The position numbers and the translations under genes are program-made. A stretch of 64,000 nucleotides of DNA from a virus, in IMG/VR virus record IMGVR_UViG_3300042558_005120, positions 45,207-109,206 of that record; one strand, given 5' to 3'. The notes under the pieces are model-generated. The model saw only the letters and a list, made by a program, of their open reading frames with translations. It was not told where the DNA came from and made no database searches. How positions within the stretch are numbered: the first letter of the stretch is position 1; every line of letters starts with the position of its first letter. Shown here in pieces: positions 1 through 8,406 of this stretch.

Positions 1-837
1 AGATTTTGGCCACATCAAAATCGAACCTATTTTACTCGTTACTGTAAATGTATCTTTAGGCAAGAAGTTAACATCCAAGTTTATTTTTTTTCCATCGAAG
101 ATAAATTCAAAATCTAGGTTTGAAATAACAGGGTCGTTCTTTTTTAAGTAGTTTCGGAAAACAAACATCGAGAAAAGATATTCAAAGTCCCATTCGCTGG
201 CTTTGAATGTGTCTTTTCTTGGAATAAATCGAACAGTCGTTCCAAGTGGTGTCCGATTTCTTTTGTTTAATTCTTCATGGAATTTTTTAAATTGCTTCCA
301 TTTGATTTGAAAAGAAACATCTAGGTTTACTGTATGGATTTCAAATTCATCCGAAAGCATATTTACTAATGCAGCACCCACGCCATTTGTTCCGATTAAG
401 GCATCTTCAGAAGTTTCATTATAAAAATTTGACCCGGCACGTAGCATTGACACTGCGGTCTCAACATTTGAAACTCCAGTTTTCGAGTTTTTCTTTTCGG
501 CATTGATAAATCCGTTTCCGGTATCAGTTACAGTAACTTCTCCGGATTGACTATCTATAGACACGGTAATTTTTTTCATTTCGCCATTAAGCCTTTTTGC
601 TTCATCAAAGGCGTTGTCTACTATCTCGTTAAGCATTTTATAAAAACCGACTGAAATTGTTTTACTTTTTTCAATCAATTTCCCGGATTCAATAATGTGA
701 ACTTTTTCTTCGCTCAGGTCGACAGAACCAACATACATAGTTGGCCTCAATAAAGTATGTTCAAAATCACTTAAAGAAACTATTTCCTTTGAGCTGCTTG
801 CGGACTTTTTAGATAAATTTTTTTCTTTCGTTGCCAT
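1..837 (-). CDS. Type II DNA topoisomerase ATPase subunit (T4 gp39/GyrB-like), runs off the left edge
   Basis: Not in the ORF track. Manual translation from ATG at 837 gives MATKEK...DFEHTLLRPTMYVGS...EIVDNAFDE...DTGNG...AGSNF...GTNGVGA, the GHKL ATPase motifs of topo II. Confidence 0.92.
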   Translation of the reverse strand, partial: MATKEKNLSKKSASSSKEIVSLSDFEHTLLRPTMYVGSVDLSEEKVHIIESGKLIEKSKTISVGFYKMLNEIVDNAFDEAKRLNGEMKKITVSIDSQSGEVTVTDTGNGFINAEKKNSKTGVSNVETAVSMLRAGSNFYNETSEDALIGTNGVGAALVNMLSDEFEIHTVNLDVSFQIKWKQFKKFHEELNKRNRTPLGTTVRFIPRKDTFKASEWDFEYLFSMFVFRNYLKKNDPVISNLDFEFIFDGKKINLDVNFLPKDTFTVTSKIGSILMWPKS

Positions 838-838
838 A

Positions 839-1495
839 TTAATAAGTAGTGTCAATAAAATCTTTTTTCAAAACAGAACATTTTTCGTATTCTTCGAGAA
901 TTTCAAAGTGCTTAATCATTTTACTAATTATATCAATTCTTTCTTTGGACGTTGCAAGTTTTATCTGCAAGAACATATCCGAAAAGATAATATTTTTTTG
1001 TTTAAACTTATCTGGATTTTTAATTATAAAGTTATAAACATTCGAATAAAATAATCCAATGTCGCCTTTGGTTTGAAGTTCATCTTCAGGATTAAATATC
1101 CATTCCTCAACGGGTTCTGTTGGTTCTATTCCTTCATTTACTTGTCTTTGATAATCAAGTGCCTTTTGGATTGTTAGCAAAACTCCATTATCTACAGCTT
1201 CTGTTTGATAGTCAGTCCTAACGTTTTCATCAAAAAGTTCAAGTTCATCAGGCATTTGTAAAACTGGGACTGTAACAACATCACCATAAAGTGGAACTCC
1301 AAAAACTAAAGATGCAATTTGATTTAATGGTTTTTTTCTAGCCATTCCGGTCTCATCGTAAATTAACCAAAAATGGTCAAAACATAAAGGGTCGATTGAA
1401 CTTCCGACTATATCATGGATTTCACCTAATGTAAATGATTCAGTTCTGGGATAAAGAACTGAAACCATGTGATCCACACTAATTTTTACTGCCAT
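839..1495 (-). CDS. Hypothetical protein with DUF3846-like N-terminus
   Basis: LGEIHDIVG...DETG...PLNQIAS...LYGDVV pattern; C-terminal EEYEKC helix. Confidence 0.5.
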   Translation of the reverse strand: MAVKISVDHMVSVLYPRTESFTLGEIHDIVGSSIDPLCFDHFWLIYDETGMARKKPLNQIASLVFGVPLYGDVVTVPVLQMPDELELFDENVRTDYQTEAVDNGVLLTIQKALDYQRQVNEGIEPTEPVEEWIFNPEDELQTKGDIGLFYSNVYNFIIKNPDKFKQKNIIFSDMFLQIKLATSKERIDIISKMIKHFEILEEYEKCSVLKKDFIDTTY

Positions 1496-1513
1496 AAATT
1501 AGACATTTTTTAT

Positions 1514-1542
1514 TTTATATGCAAATTTTGCTATTGAGTTTT
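1514..1542 (-). promoter_or_regulatory. Putative early/middle promoter AAAACT-N17-TATAAA
   Basis: Same two boxes with a 17-nt spacer recur at 6701-6729, 27668-27696 and 59243-59271, each upstream of a gene start. Confidence 0.6.
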
Positions 1543-1545
1543 AAC

Positions 1546-1579
1546 AAAAAAAGAAAGTCCGTTTCCAAACTTTCTTTTT
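1546..1579 (-). terminator. Rho-independent terminator after nrdA
   Basis: Inverted repeat aaaaagaaagt...actttcttttt with a T-tract on the - strand, just past the nrdA stop. Confidence 0.6.
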
Positions 1580-1584
1580 ATTAA

Positions 1585-3984
1585 TTACGCCGAACATCCA
1601 AAACAGTCAAAAGGTGAATCTTTTGGTTTTTGTGGTAGAACATCGGGGTCTTTAGCCTTTTCAAATTTGCTAATATCAATGCCCAAATGCTTTGCGCCTG
1701 TCGAAATTGCCTTTCCTTTAAAGTAATATGAAAGTGTTTTTAATCCTTTTTTCCAAGAATAAAAATGTGCTGAAGAAAGTTTCGATAGCGTTGGTTTTCC
1801 AATATAAATATTCATTGATTGTGATTGGTCAATGAACGGCCCACGATCTGCGGCCATATCAATTAGTTCACGTTGCGGAATTTCCCAAATAGTTCGATAC
1901 TTTTGAATTAAGTGCTCTAATCTTTTAACTTTTGCTTCATACTTACGGTCGTCTGAGTCGAGATATCTATTGAAATTAATATTTTGAATTGAACCGTCAT
2001 TTAAAATGATTTCATCTTTCAAATCCTCGGACCAAATTCCAAGTTTTTCAAGGTCGCTGATTAAATACTTATTGATAATTGTAATTTCTCCACCAATTAC
2101 ACTGCGATTAAATATTGCTGAATGTGCTGGTTCAGTCATTTCATACGAACCAGTAATTTTTGCTGAACTCGCAACTGGCATTTGAGCTGTCACCAATGAA
2201 TTGGAGATTCCGTGCTCCATTATGTTCTTTTTAAGTTCTGCCCAGTCCCACATTCCTGACAAATCATCTTCTGTTAATCCCCACATATCCCATTGAAGTT
2301 TACCGTTTGCTACAGGTGAACCTTCAAAGTAGTGATATGGTTTATATTCTCCGGATTTGCACAATTCCATGCTTGCAGTTAATGCGGCAAAGTATATTGT
2401 TTCAAATATCTTTTTATTAAGCTGCTTAGCTTCAGGTGAAGTAAATGTTAAATCCAATAAATAGAAAACATCTGCGAGACCTTGTGTTCCAATACCGATT
2501 GCTCTTTGTTCTCGTCCACCTTTTTCTCCTTTTGCTGTTGAATAGTTGTTTATATCAATAACTAGATTCAATGCTCTGACTATTTTTTTAACTTCTTGAT
2601 ACAACTTATCAAAATCAAATCCATTGCCAGAAACGAAATTCTTTAACACAATAGACGATAGTGTACAAATCGCAGTTGTTTCCTCATCCGTTGCTTGGAA
2701 AACCTCAATACACAAATTTGATTGTTTTAAGACACCAATATTTTGGTGATTGGTTTTTCTATTTGCGCTGTCCTTTGCTGCTAAATAAGGAACACCCGTT
2801 TCAATCTGGGCTTCGATAATGCTGTTCCAAAGTTCTTGAGCTTTAACTTTAACACCAATTCCCGCATCGATTGCTAATTGATAATTTGCTTCATATTCTT
2901 CACCGTAACACTCGTGCAAAGGTTTAATCCCAGCTTTCAGAATATCATTTGGACAAAACAAATACCAGTCATCGTTAGACTCAACAGCTCGCATAAAGTT
3001 ATCTGGAACCCATAATGCTGTAAACAAATCTCGGGCACGTTGTTCATCCTTTCCTGCTTGTTTTTTGATTTCCAATAAATCAAAAATATCTTTATGCCAA
3101 GGCTCAATGTAAATTGCAGCAACACCCGGACGTCTGCCTTGTTGGTTAAAAAATCTTAATGACTCATTAACAATTTTTAAGTATTTCAATAGCCCACCTG
3201 CATAACCACCTGATGAAGAAAGCCGGCTTTCTTTACTTCTAATGTTTGACATACATAATCCAATTCCTGCAGCATCGGCTGAATAAACAGAGATATCTCT
3301 TAGCGTATTAAGCAATCCATCTCTGGAATCACCGTCATTATAATGCAAAACACAGGATGCCAATTGTGGTATCTTTGTCCCGGCGTTAATCATAATTGGT
3401 GTTGCCGGGGATATTAATTGATTTGATAAAGATTTATAATAGTCAATTGCTTCTTCAAATGTTTTTGTGACCCAAAGTGCAACTCTCATATACATATGTT
3501 GAGGACGTTCTACTACTACGCCTGTCGGCTTTCTCAACAAATACATTTCCCGTAAAGACTTCCAAGCAAAATAATCAAAATTAAAATCGTTATCATGGAT
3601 AAGTTCCGAGTCGATTTTTTCTGCTCCATACTTTTCAATAATGGCAATTAAACCAGGATTGATAATGCCGTCCTCAGCTAATTCCTTCATAGTTTCACTA
3701 AAGCTGGTTTTTGTTTCTCTGTGGTATGAAGAAATTGCAATACTTGCTGCAAGTTTAGAATAATCGTGGTGACTACCTGTATATGCTGCCGCCAACTCAG
3801 AAATAAGTTTGTCAATTTGAGAAGTTTTCAGAATACCATCAGTTGGTACTGATGTGATAACCTTTGCAAAAATCTCGACCGGGTTTGTTTTTAAGTTTTT
3901 GTTTGCTTTGTTAATACGAGTAAGGATCTTCTGTGGCGCAAACGAAACCACATCGCCGTTTCTTTTTTCAATTTTTAATGACAT
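1585..3984 (-). CDS. nrdA: Ribonucleotide reductase class Ia alpha subunit with ATP cone
   Basis: KRNG ATP cone, SPATP...NAG, LASC, SNLCIE, AICTL, MPVASSA, DQSQS, and a C-terminal CFGCSA redox pair. Confidence 0.97.
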   Translation of the reverse strand: MSLKIEKRNGDVVSFAPQKILTRINKANKNLKTNPVEIFAKVITSVPTDGILKTSQIDKLISELAAAYTGSHHDYSKLAASIAISSYHRETKTSFSETMKELAEDGIINPGLIAIIEKYGAEKIDSELIHDNDFNFDYFAWKSLREMYLLRKPTGVVVERPQHMYMRVALWVTKTFEEAIDYYKSLSNQLISPATPIMINAGTKIPQLASCVLHYNDGDSRDGLLNTLRDISVYSADAAGIGLCMSNIRSKESRLSSSGGYAGGLLKYLKIVNESLRFFNQQGRRPGVAAIYIEPWHKDIFDLLEIKKQAGKDEQRARDLFTALWVPDNFMRAVESNDDWYLFCPNDILKAGIKPLHECYGEEYEANYQLAIDAGIGVKVKAQELWNSIIEAQIETGVPYLAAKDSANRKTNHQNIGVLKQSNLCIEVFQATDEETTAICTLSSIVLKNFVSGNGFDFDKLYQEVKKIVRALNLVIDINNYSTAKGEKGGREQRAIGIGTQGLADVFYLLDLTFTSPEAKQLNKKIFETIYFAALTASMELCKSGEYKPYHYFEGSPVANGKLQWDMWGLTEDDLSGMWDWAELKKNIMEHGISNSLVTAQMPVASSAKITGSYEMTEPAHSAIFNRSVIGGEITIINKYLISDLEKLGIWSEDLKDEIILNDGSIQNINFNRYLDSDDRKYEAKVKRLEHLIQKYRTIWEIPQRELIDMAADRGPFIDQSQSMNIYIGKPTLSKLSSAHFYSWKKGLKTLSYYFKGKAISTGAKHLGIDISKFEKAKDPDVLPQKPKDSPFDCFGCSA

Positions 3985-4000
3985 TATCTAATCGGTTTTT

Positions 4001-4951
4001 TTAAAAATCTTCTGTAAATGTGAGTGGCTCACCAATTCTCGCCTTTTGGTAGTCGATTGTTCTGCCTTCAAAGAAATTGTTTTTGGTTTCAATTGCTATC
4101 TGTTCCATAAATTTAAATGGATTACTAACTCCAAAATGTTTTGGTAATCCAAGTTTAACAAACAATCCGTCAACAACAAACTCTAAATATTGCTTCATCA
4201 AATTCGAGTTCATACCGATAAGTGAAACCGACAAAGATTCTGTAACAAATTCCTTTTCAATTTCCAAAGCGGAAAGTAGAATTTCTTTAATCTTTTCAGC
4301 AGAAGGACGTTGTTCGATATGGTTATTTAAAAGATTGATAGCAAAATCACAATGCAAATTTTCATCTTTAAAAATTAAACCATTTGCTTTTGCTAGTCCT
4401 AACATTAATCCTCTCGATTTTAACCAAAAAATTGAACAAAACGAACCGGAGAAAAAGATGCCTTCGACTGCGGCGAATGCAACTAATTTTTCTTGGAACG
4501 TCCCGTTCTTAATCCAATCAAGTGCCCAGTTTGCTTTTTTCTGAACGATTGGCATATTTTCCAAAGCGTTAAAGCATTCGGCTTTTTCTTTTGAGTTTGA
4601 AATATAAGTATCAATTAACTGAGAATAAGTTTCTGAATGCACGGTTTCCATAAAAATTTGTATCGAATAAAAAGAGCGAGCCTCAGGATATTGAACATCA
4701 TTATAAAAATTCAAGGCTAAGTTCTCATTAACGATTCCATCACTTGCTGCAAAAAATGCCAAGATATTTTTAATAAAAAAGCGTTCATTGTCTGTTAAAG
4801 ATTTCCAATCTCGGATGTCGTCTGACAAATCAATCTCGGCCGCGTGCCAAATTGCAGCTTCGTGTGCTTTATAAAAATCCCAAATATCGTGATGGATAAT
4901 TGGAAAGGTAACAAACCTGGCATTGCTCGGTTCTAAAATTTTTTCGTTCAT
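4001..4951 (-). CDS. nrdB: Ribonucleotide reductase class Ia beta subunit
   Basis: FFAASDGIVNENL, ETVHSETY, VEGIFFSGSF, DENLH, NFFE. Confidence 0.97.
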   Translation of the reverse strand: MNEKILEPSNARFVTFPIIHHDIWDFYKAHEAAIWHAAEIDLSDDIRDWKSLTDNERFFIKNILAFFAASDGIVNENLALNFYNDVQYPEARSFYSIQIFMETVHSETYSQLIDTYISNSKEKAECFNALENMPIVQKKANWALDWIKNGTFQEKLVAFAAVEGIFFSGSFCSIFWLKSRGLMLGLAKANGLIFKDENLHCDFAINLLNNHIEQRPSAEKIKEILLSALEIEKEFVTESLSVSLIGMNSNLMKQYLEFVVDGLFVKLGLPKHFGVSNPFKFMEQIAIETKNNFFEGRTIDYQKARIGEPLTFTEDF

Positions 4952-4952
4952 T

Positions 4953-5267
4953 TTATTCTGGTTTTTTTATTATATTTAAAATTTTCTCTACTAACGGGTA
5001 CTTTAAATGAGCACCTAATTCGGGTGTTAAGTATATAATCAGCAAAACAATAAATGAAAAATTATTTTCATCAACATAAGTAATTATATCAAAGTCTTCC
5101 CATTTTTCTGAATATGTCTCTAAATAGTCGACTATACTTTTTAATTTATTTTGGTCATCCTGAATCTCTTCTAGCGTATAATTTAGTTTTTTTATAATAT
5201 ACGGTTTGTTGGTACGGTTTTCTAATTTATTTATTATACTATCAATAATTTCAATTTTGGTTTTCAT
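4953..5267 (-). CDS. Hypothetical protein
   Basis: 104-aa ORF packed 1 nt from its neighbours on both sides; no polymerase motifs. Confidence 0.6.
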   Translation of the reverse strand: MKTKIEIIDSIINKLENRTNKPYIIKKLNYTLEEIQDDQNKLKSIVDYLETYSEKWEDFDIITYVDENNFSFIVLLIIYLTPELGAHLKYPLVEKILNIIKKPE

Positions 5268-5268
5268 T

Positions 5269-6669
5269 TTAATTATTTAATTGTTGTTCTAAATATTGAA
5301 TTTCTGCTTCGATTGCTTCGTATTCTTTTTTTGCTGTTTTACGTTTATTATAATAATCAGTCAAAACTGTGCGAAAGATTGAATCTTCCTTTTTACTAAA
5401 AACTGCCCCGGATGCAGTCAAAATTTCCTTTTCAAAGTCAACAGTTTCCCCAACTTTAATGTTTCGCAAATAAGAGTCCGGAGAAATATTCCATTGGCGC
5501 ATAATAAATGGATATAGAGAAGCAAAGTCCAATGAACCCACCCATTCGTATAATCCAGTTTTCGGGTCAACAACAAAGGCACCTTCGTACTTGCCTTTTT
5601 TCTTTTCAACCTTTTCAGATTTTGGTATTACTTTATTTCGATTTAAACACTCACGGCACATCGCGGCTTCTGCCATATAGATTGGAGAAAATGCTCGATT
5701 GATTTCAACCTTGGTTATGTTTGCAAGTGTTAAAAATGTTTGCAATGTGTTGAGCTTTTCATCAATCAGTTCAACTAATTTGGTATCGACCACATTATAA
5801 AAAATATACGACTCAAAATCATTATTATATAATTCTTGTAGTGAACCGTTAAATTTTACTTTTTGTACACCCAATGCAGCACTTGCAACAAAGTCCAGGG
5901 TATTGTTTTCTTTAATGTCAACAACCCGATCCCATTTTTTATAGATATCCATATAGTCAACAATCAAACGGTGCATTGGCATCGGATTATCCTTTCCAAC
6001 TAATTTCCCAGAAACCGATGAAGGTTTCATATTTATATTAAGTCGCTTACAACGGTTTGTTAAATATTGCCAGTCAAATTTTGTAAAGTTCCAACCAGTT
6101 AGTAGTGGTAATTTTAAAATTGCTTTATGAAAAAAACTAACTAACATATCGTACTCACTTGAAAACTTCAAATAAGTAAATTCCATAACCATCCCATTCA
6201 ACTGCTTTTCCAAGTGTTGATTCATTCGGTTCTCAATACTTTTGATTTGTACTGCAGATAAATCCTTTAATCCCATACAGATCATTTTCTTGCCATTACA
6301 AAATGCAATTGCTGTTACTGGGTATTTTGCAGTTTCTGGTTTTGGCCATTCGTCTCCAATCTCGACCTCGATATCCATGAACCATTTCTTTGGAGTATTA
6401 AATTCGTAAATTTCATCTATGGTTCCTGACGGCAAAGATTCGATATATTCAATTACTCTAAAGTTAGAGATGTTCTTTGCCTTTTTCTTTTTTACTGGCT
6501 TGTCGTCCCACGATAAAGTACCAGGATAGGATTTTTCGCCGGACTTACAATACTCCCAATTATACATTTCCTCTTCAGGGATTCTTATGTTTTTTATCGA
6601 GATACCACCTTCTTTATTAAAAAAGGAAATGTTTAATTCTGAGTTTTCTTGTTCAATATCAATTATCAT
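5269..6669 (-). CDS. Family B DNA polymerase, N-terminal subunit of a split enzyme (gp43A-like)
   Basis: Exo motifs DIEVE, GWNFTKFDW, YNVVD; YEGAFV; motif A DFASLYP. Ends in the fingers helix without KxxxNSxYG or YGDTDS. Confidence 0.9.
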   Translation of the reverse strand: MIIDIEQENSELNISFFNKEGGISIKNIRIPEEEMYNWEYCKSGEKSYPGTLSWDDKPVKKKKAKNISNFRVIEYIESLPSGTIDEIYEFNTPKKWFMDIEVEIGDEWPKPETAKYPVTAIAFCNGKKMICMGLKDLSAVQIKSIENRMNQHLEKQLNGMVMEFTYLKFSSEYDMLVSFFHKAILKLPLLTGWNFTKFDWQYLTNRCKRLNINMKPSSVSGKLVGKDNPMPMHRLIVDYMDIYKKWDRVVDIKENNTLDFVASAALGVQKVKFNGSLQELYNNDFESYIFYNVVDTKLVELIDEKLNTLQTFLTLANITKVEINRAFSPIYMAEAAMCRECLNRNKVIPKSEKVEKKKGKYEGAFVVDPKTGLYEWVGSLDFASLYPFIMRQWNISPDSYLRNIKVGETVDFEKEILTASGAVFSKKEDSIFRTVLTDYYNKRKTAKKEYEAIEAEIQYLEQQLNN

Positions 6670-6700
6670 ACTGTAAATTTTATAAAAAATAGGATTTAAT

Positions 6701-6729
6701 TTTCTATGAATTAAACCCTATAAAGTTTT
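6701..6729 (-). promoter_or_regulatory. Putative promoter AAAACT-N17-TAGAAA for the DNA polymerase-nrdB-nrdA run
   Basis: Matches the recurrent motif with one mismatch in the -10-like box. Confidence 0.5.
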
Positions 6730-6743
6730 TTAAAAAAATATGA

Positions 6744-6807
6744 TAATTCTAAAACTTTTTTTCTGCTTTCTGCATAAAATAACTATGAGTAGTTTCGGAA
6801 GGTTAAG
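6744..6807 (+). repeat. Dispersed ~64-bp intergenic repeat, copy 1
   Basis: taattctaaaacttttt-N12-cataaaa...agtttcggaaggttaag; second copy at 59296-59358. Confidence 0.75.
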
Positions 6808-6816
6808 TATCTAAGC

Positions 6817-7425
6817 TTACCTTTGAGCAACATAACCAGACAAGATCTTTGCATCCTCAATCATTTGATCTTTATGAGTCATAACATCAGATTCTTTTTC
6901 TCCAATATGGTGCCCAACAATAAAACCAATTAAATACTTTTCAATTGAATAGATTGGAACAGTAACAAATTGAGTAACGCCCAGCTTTTCTAGCTCTTTT
7001 TTATCTTTGTAATCAATATCTTCAATATCAATAAGAAAGCATTTTTCAGACAGCATTCTTGTTACCCACTGCGGATATTCTGAAGTTAAAACGTTTTGTT
7101 GAAGTCTTTTGAGTTTTTCGTAACCGGGTGCAACAGATTCATAAGTCATTGAAAACTTCTTCATACTTTTGCCATGAAAGAATTTACCACCGTTATGAAA
7201 TTGAAATATTGAGGCCCTGTCAAAATGATAATTTTTTCTAAATGTTTCCAGCCATTCCTGAACTGCAATCATTTCAATAGCATCTACTTCATTAATTATC
7301 TCATCCTCTTTCTTTTTCTTCTGAGAAATTCTATAGTCTAATTTAGTTTTAACAACAACGGTAATTAATGCTACACAAATAGTACCAACTGTTGTAATTA
7401 GTGTCTGAATAACATCTACGCTCAT
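6817..7425 (-). CDS. Membrane protein with one N-terminal TM helix and a GAF-like domain (possible T4 T-type holin)
   Basis: Hydrophobic residues ~5-25, then RASIFQFHNG...VTVPIY...LIGFIVG, a GAF-like pattern. Confidence 0.4.
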   Translation of the reverse strand: MSVDVIQTLITTVGTICVALITVVVKTKLDYRISQKKKKEDEIINEVDAIEMIAVQEWLETFRKNYHFDRASIFQFHNGGKFFHGKSMKKFSMTYESVAPGYEKLKRLQQNVLTSEYPQWVTRMLSEKCFLIDIEDIDYKDKKELEKLGVTQFVTVPIYSIEKYLIGFIVGHHIGEKESDVMTHKDQMIEDAKILSGYVAQR

Positions 7426-8021
7426 TTCATTTTGCTATTTTTCTTCATCCAACGTTTAACCCATTTTTTGTATTCCTCGTAGGACATAACTCCAATTTTA
7501 TCTTCTTTATTATCAATGTTGTTATCAAACCGGTCACCCGAACCAAGCGTGCCAAGTGTTGGCATTACCACATTACCAACACCGCTTGTATTATTCACAG
7601 TTGCAGGTGTACCAGGTGGAACTGGAACTGAGGAAACTCCAGATTCTGTTACTTCCTCCTCTTCATCTTCGATAAATTTCATAAATTTTTTCACTAATGG
7701 ATCTTTATTGTCTTTATTTGCGTATGGTAACATTGGCGCTACATTTGATACATAAGAATAAAATTGCGGAAAAGGCCCACCACTTAAAAAACCTGTTAAA
7801 TTTTCTTTAACTTTCTTTTTCGGTAAGTCTTTAATTTTTGTTTCAGCAAATCTTTTTAATTCGGCTTTTGACATTGAATCAGCAAGGTCAGAAATTTGAT
7901 CTCGGTATTCGGCGTCTATTTCTTTTGGGTCAGTACCTTCATCCCCGCCACTAAGCTTAAACTTTTTTACTTGATAGGCTTGTGCCATCAATTTCTGCTG
8001 AGATTGTGATACTGCTGGCAT
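7422..8021 (-). CDS. DUF3008-like N-terminal domain protein, probable virion protein
   Basis: MPAVSQSQQK...SMSKAELKRFAETK..DLPKK matches the DUF3008 pattern as I recall it. Confidence 0.6.
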   Translation of the reverse strand: MPAVSQSQQKLMAQAYQVKKFKLSGGDEGTDPKEIDAEYRDQISDLADSMSKAELKRFAETKIKDLPKKKVKENLTGFLSGGPFPQFYSYVSNVAPMLPYANKDNKDPLVKKFMKFIEDEEEEVTESGVSSVPVPPGTPATVNNTSGVGNVVMPTLGTLGSGDRFDNNIDNKEDKIGVMSYEEYKKWVKRWMKKNSKMK

Positions 8022-8022
8022 A

Positions 8023-8358
8023 TTAACCTAAATCTGTAATTTTGCTATGAACACGCTCACCAAGTTTTGAAAGAGAGTAATGCTTTTCTCCGTTTTTTTC
8101 AACAACATTAAAGTATTGCTCATTTCTTCTCACCCATTGCGGTGATGTTGTTCTTTGTGAGCCTTCGTTCATGCCTTTAATAAATTCGTATAGTGCAGCC
8201 TTTGTTACTGTTTTGTTTTCTTTAACAAAAGATAAAATTCTTTCACGAACAGGCGCATAGTCTGAAACAACTGTTGCTGGATGATTATCTGTGTATTTTC
8301 TTTTTACGGTTATAAGTGATTCACTTAAGAAAGTTTCGAAATCCATTATAAAACTCAT
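8023..8358 (-). CDS. Leader-bearing putative internal head protein, winged-helix-like
   Basis: Probable start at Met10 of the track ORF (MSFIMDFETFLSE), 18 nt after TGATATATA; ends ...HYSLSKLGERV. Confidence 0.65.
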   Translation of the reverse strand: MSFIMDFETFLSESLITVKRKYTDNHPATVVSDYAPVRERILSFVKENKTVTKAALYEFIKGMNEGSQRTTSPQWVRRNEQYFNVVEKNGEKHYSLSKLGERVHSKITDLG

Positions 8359-8369
8359 ATCTTTAATTT

Positions 8370-8384
8370 TTTTAGTATATATCA
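8370..8384 (-). promoter_or_regulatory. Putative late promoter TGATATATACTAAAA
   Basis: Identical 15-mer at 38364-38378 and 56987-57001; 9-mer core at three more gene starts. Confidence 0.6.
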
Positions 8385-8406
8385 CTTAAGAGTTAGTGTA
8401 ATTTTA

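Noticed and set aside
1585-4951. Introns, inteins or homing endonucleases in nrdA/nrdB
   Set aside because: Both ORFs are of normal length and continuous, with no insertion evident.
4953-5267. 104-aa ORF as the missing C-terminal half of the DNA polymerase or a frameshifted continuation
   Set aside because: It is too short and lacks motifs B and C, and nrdB follows immediately.
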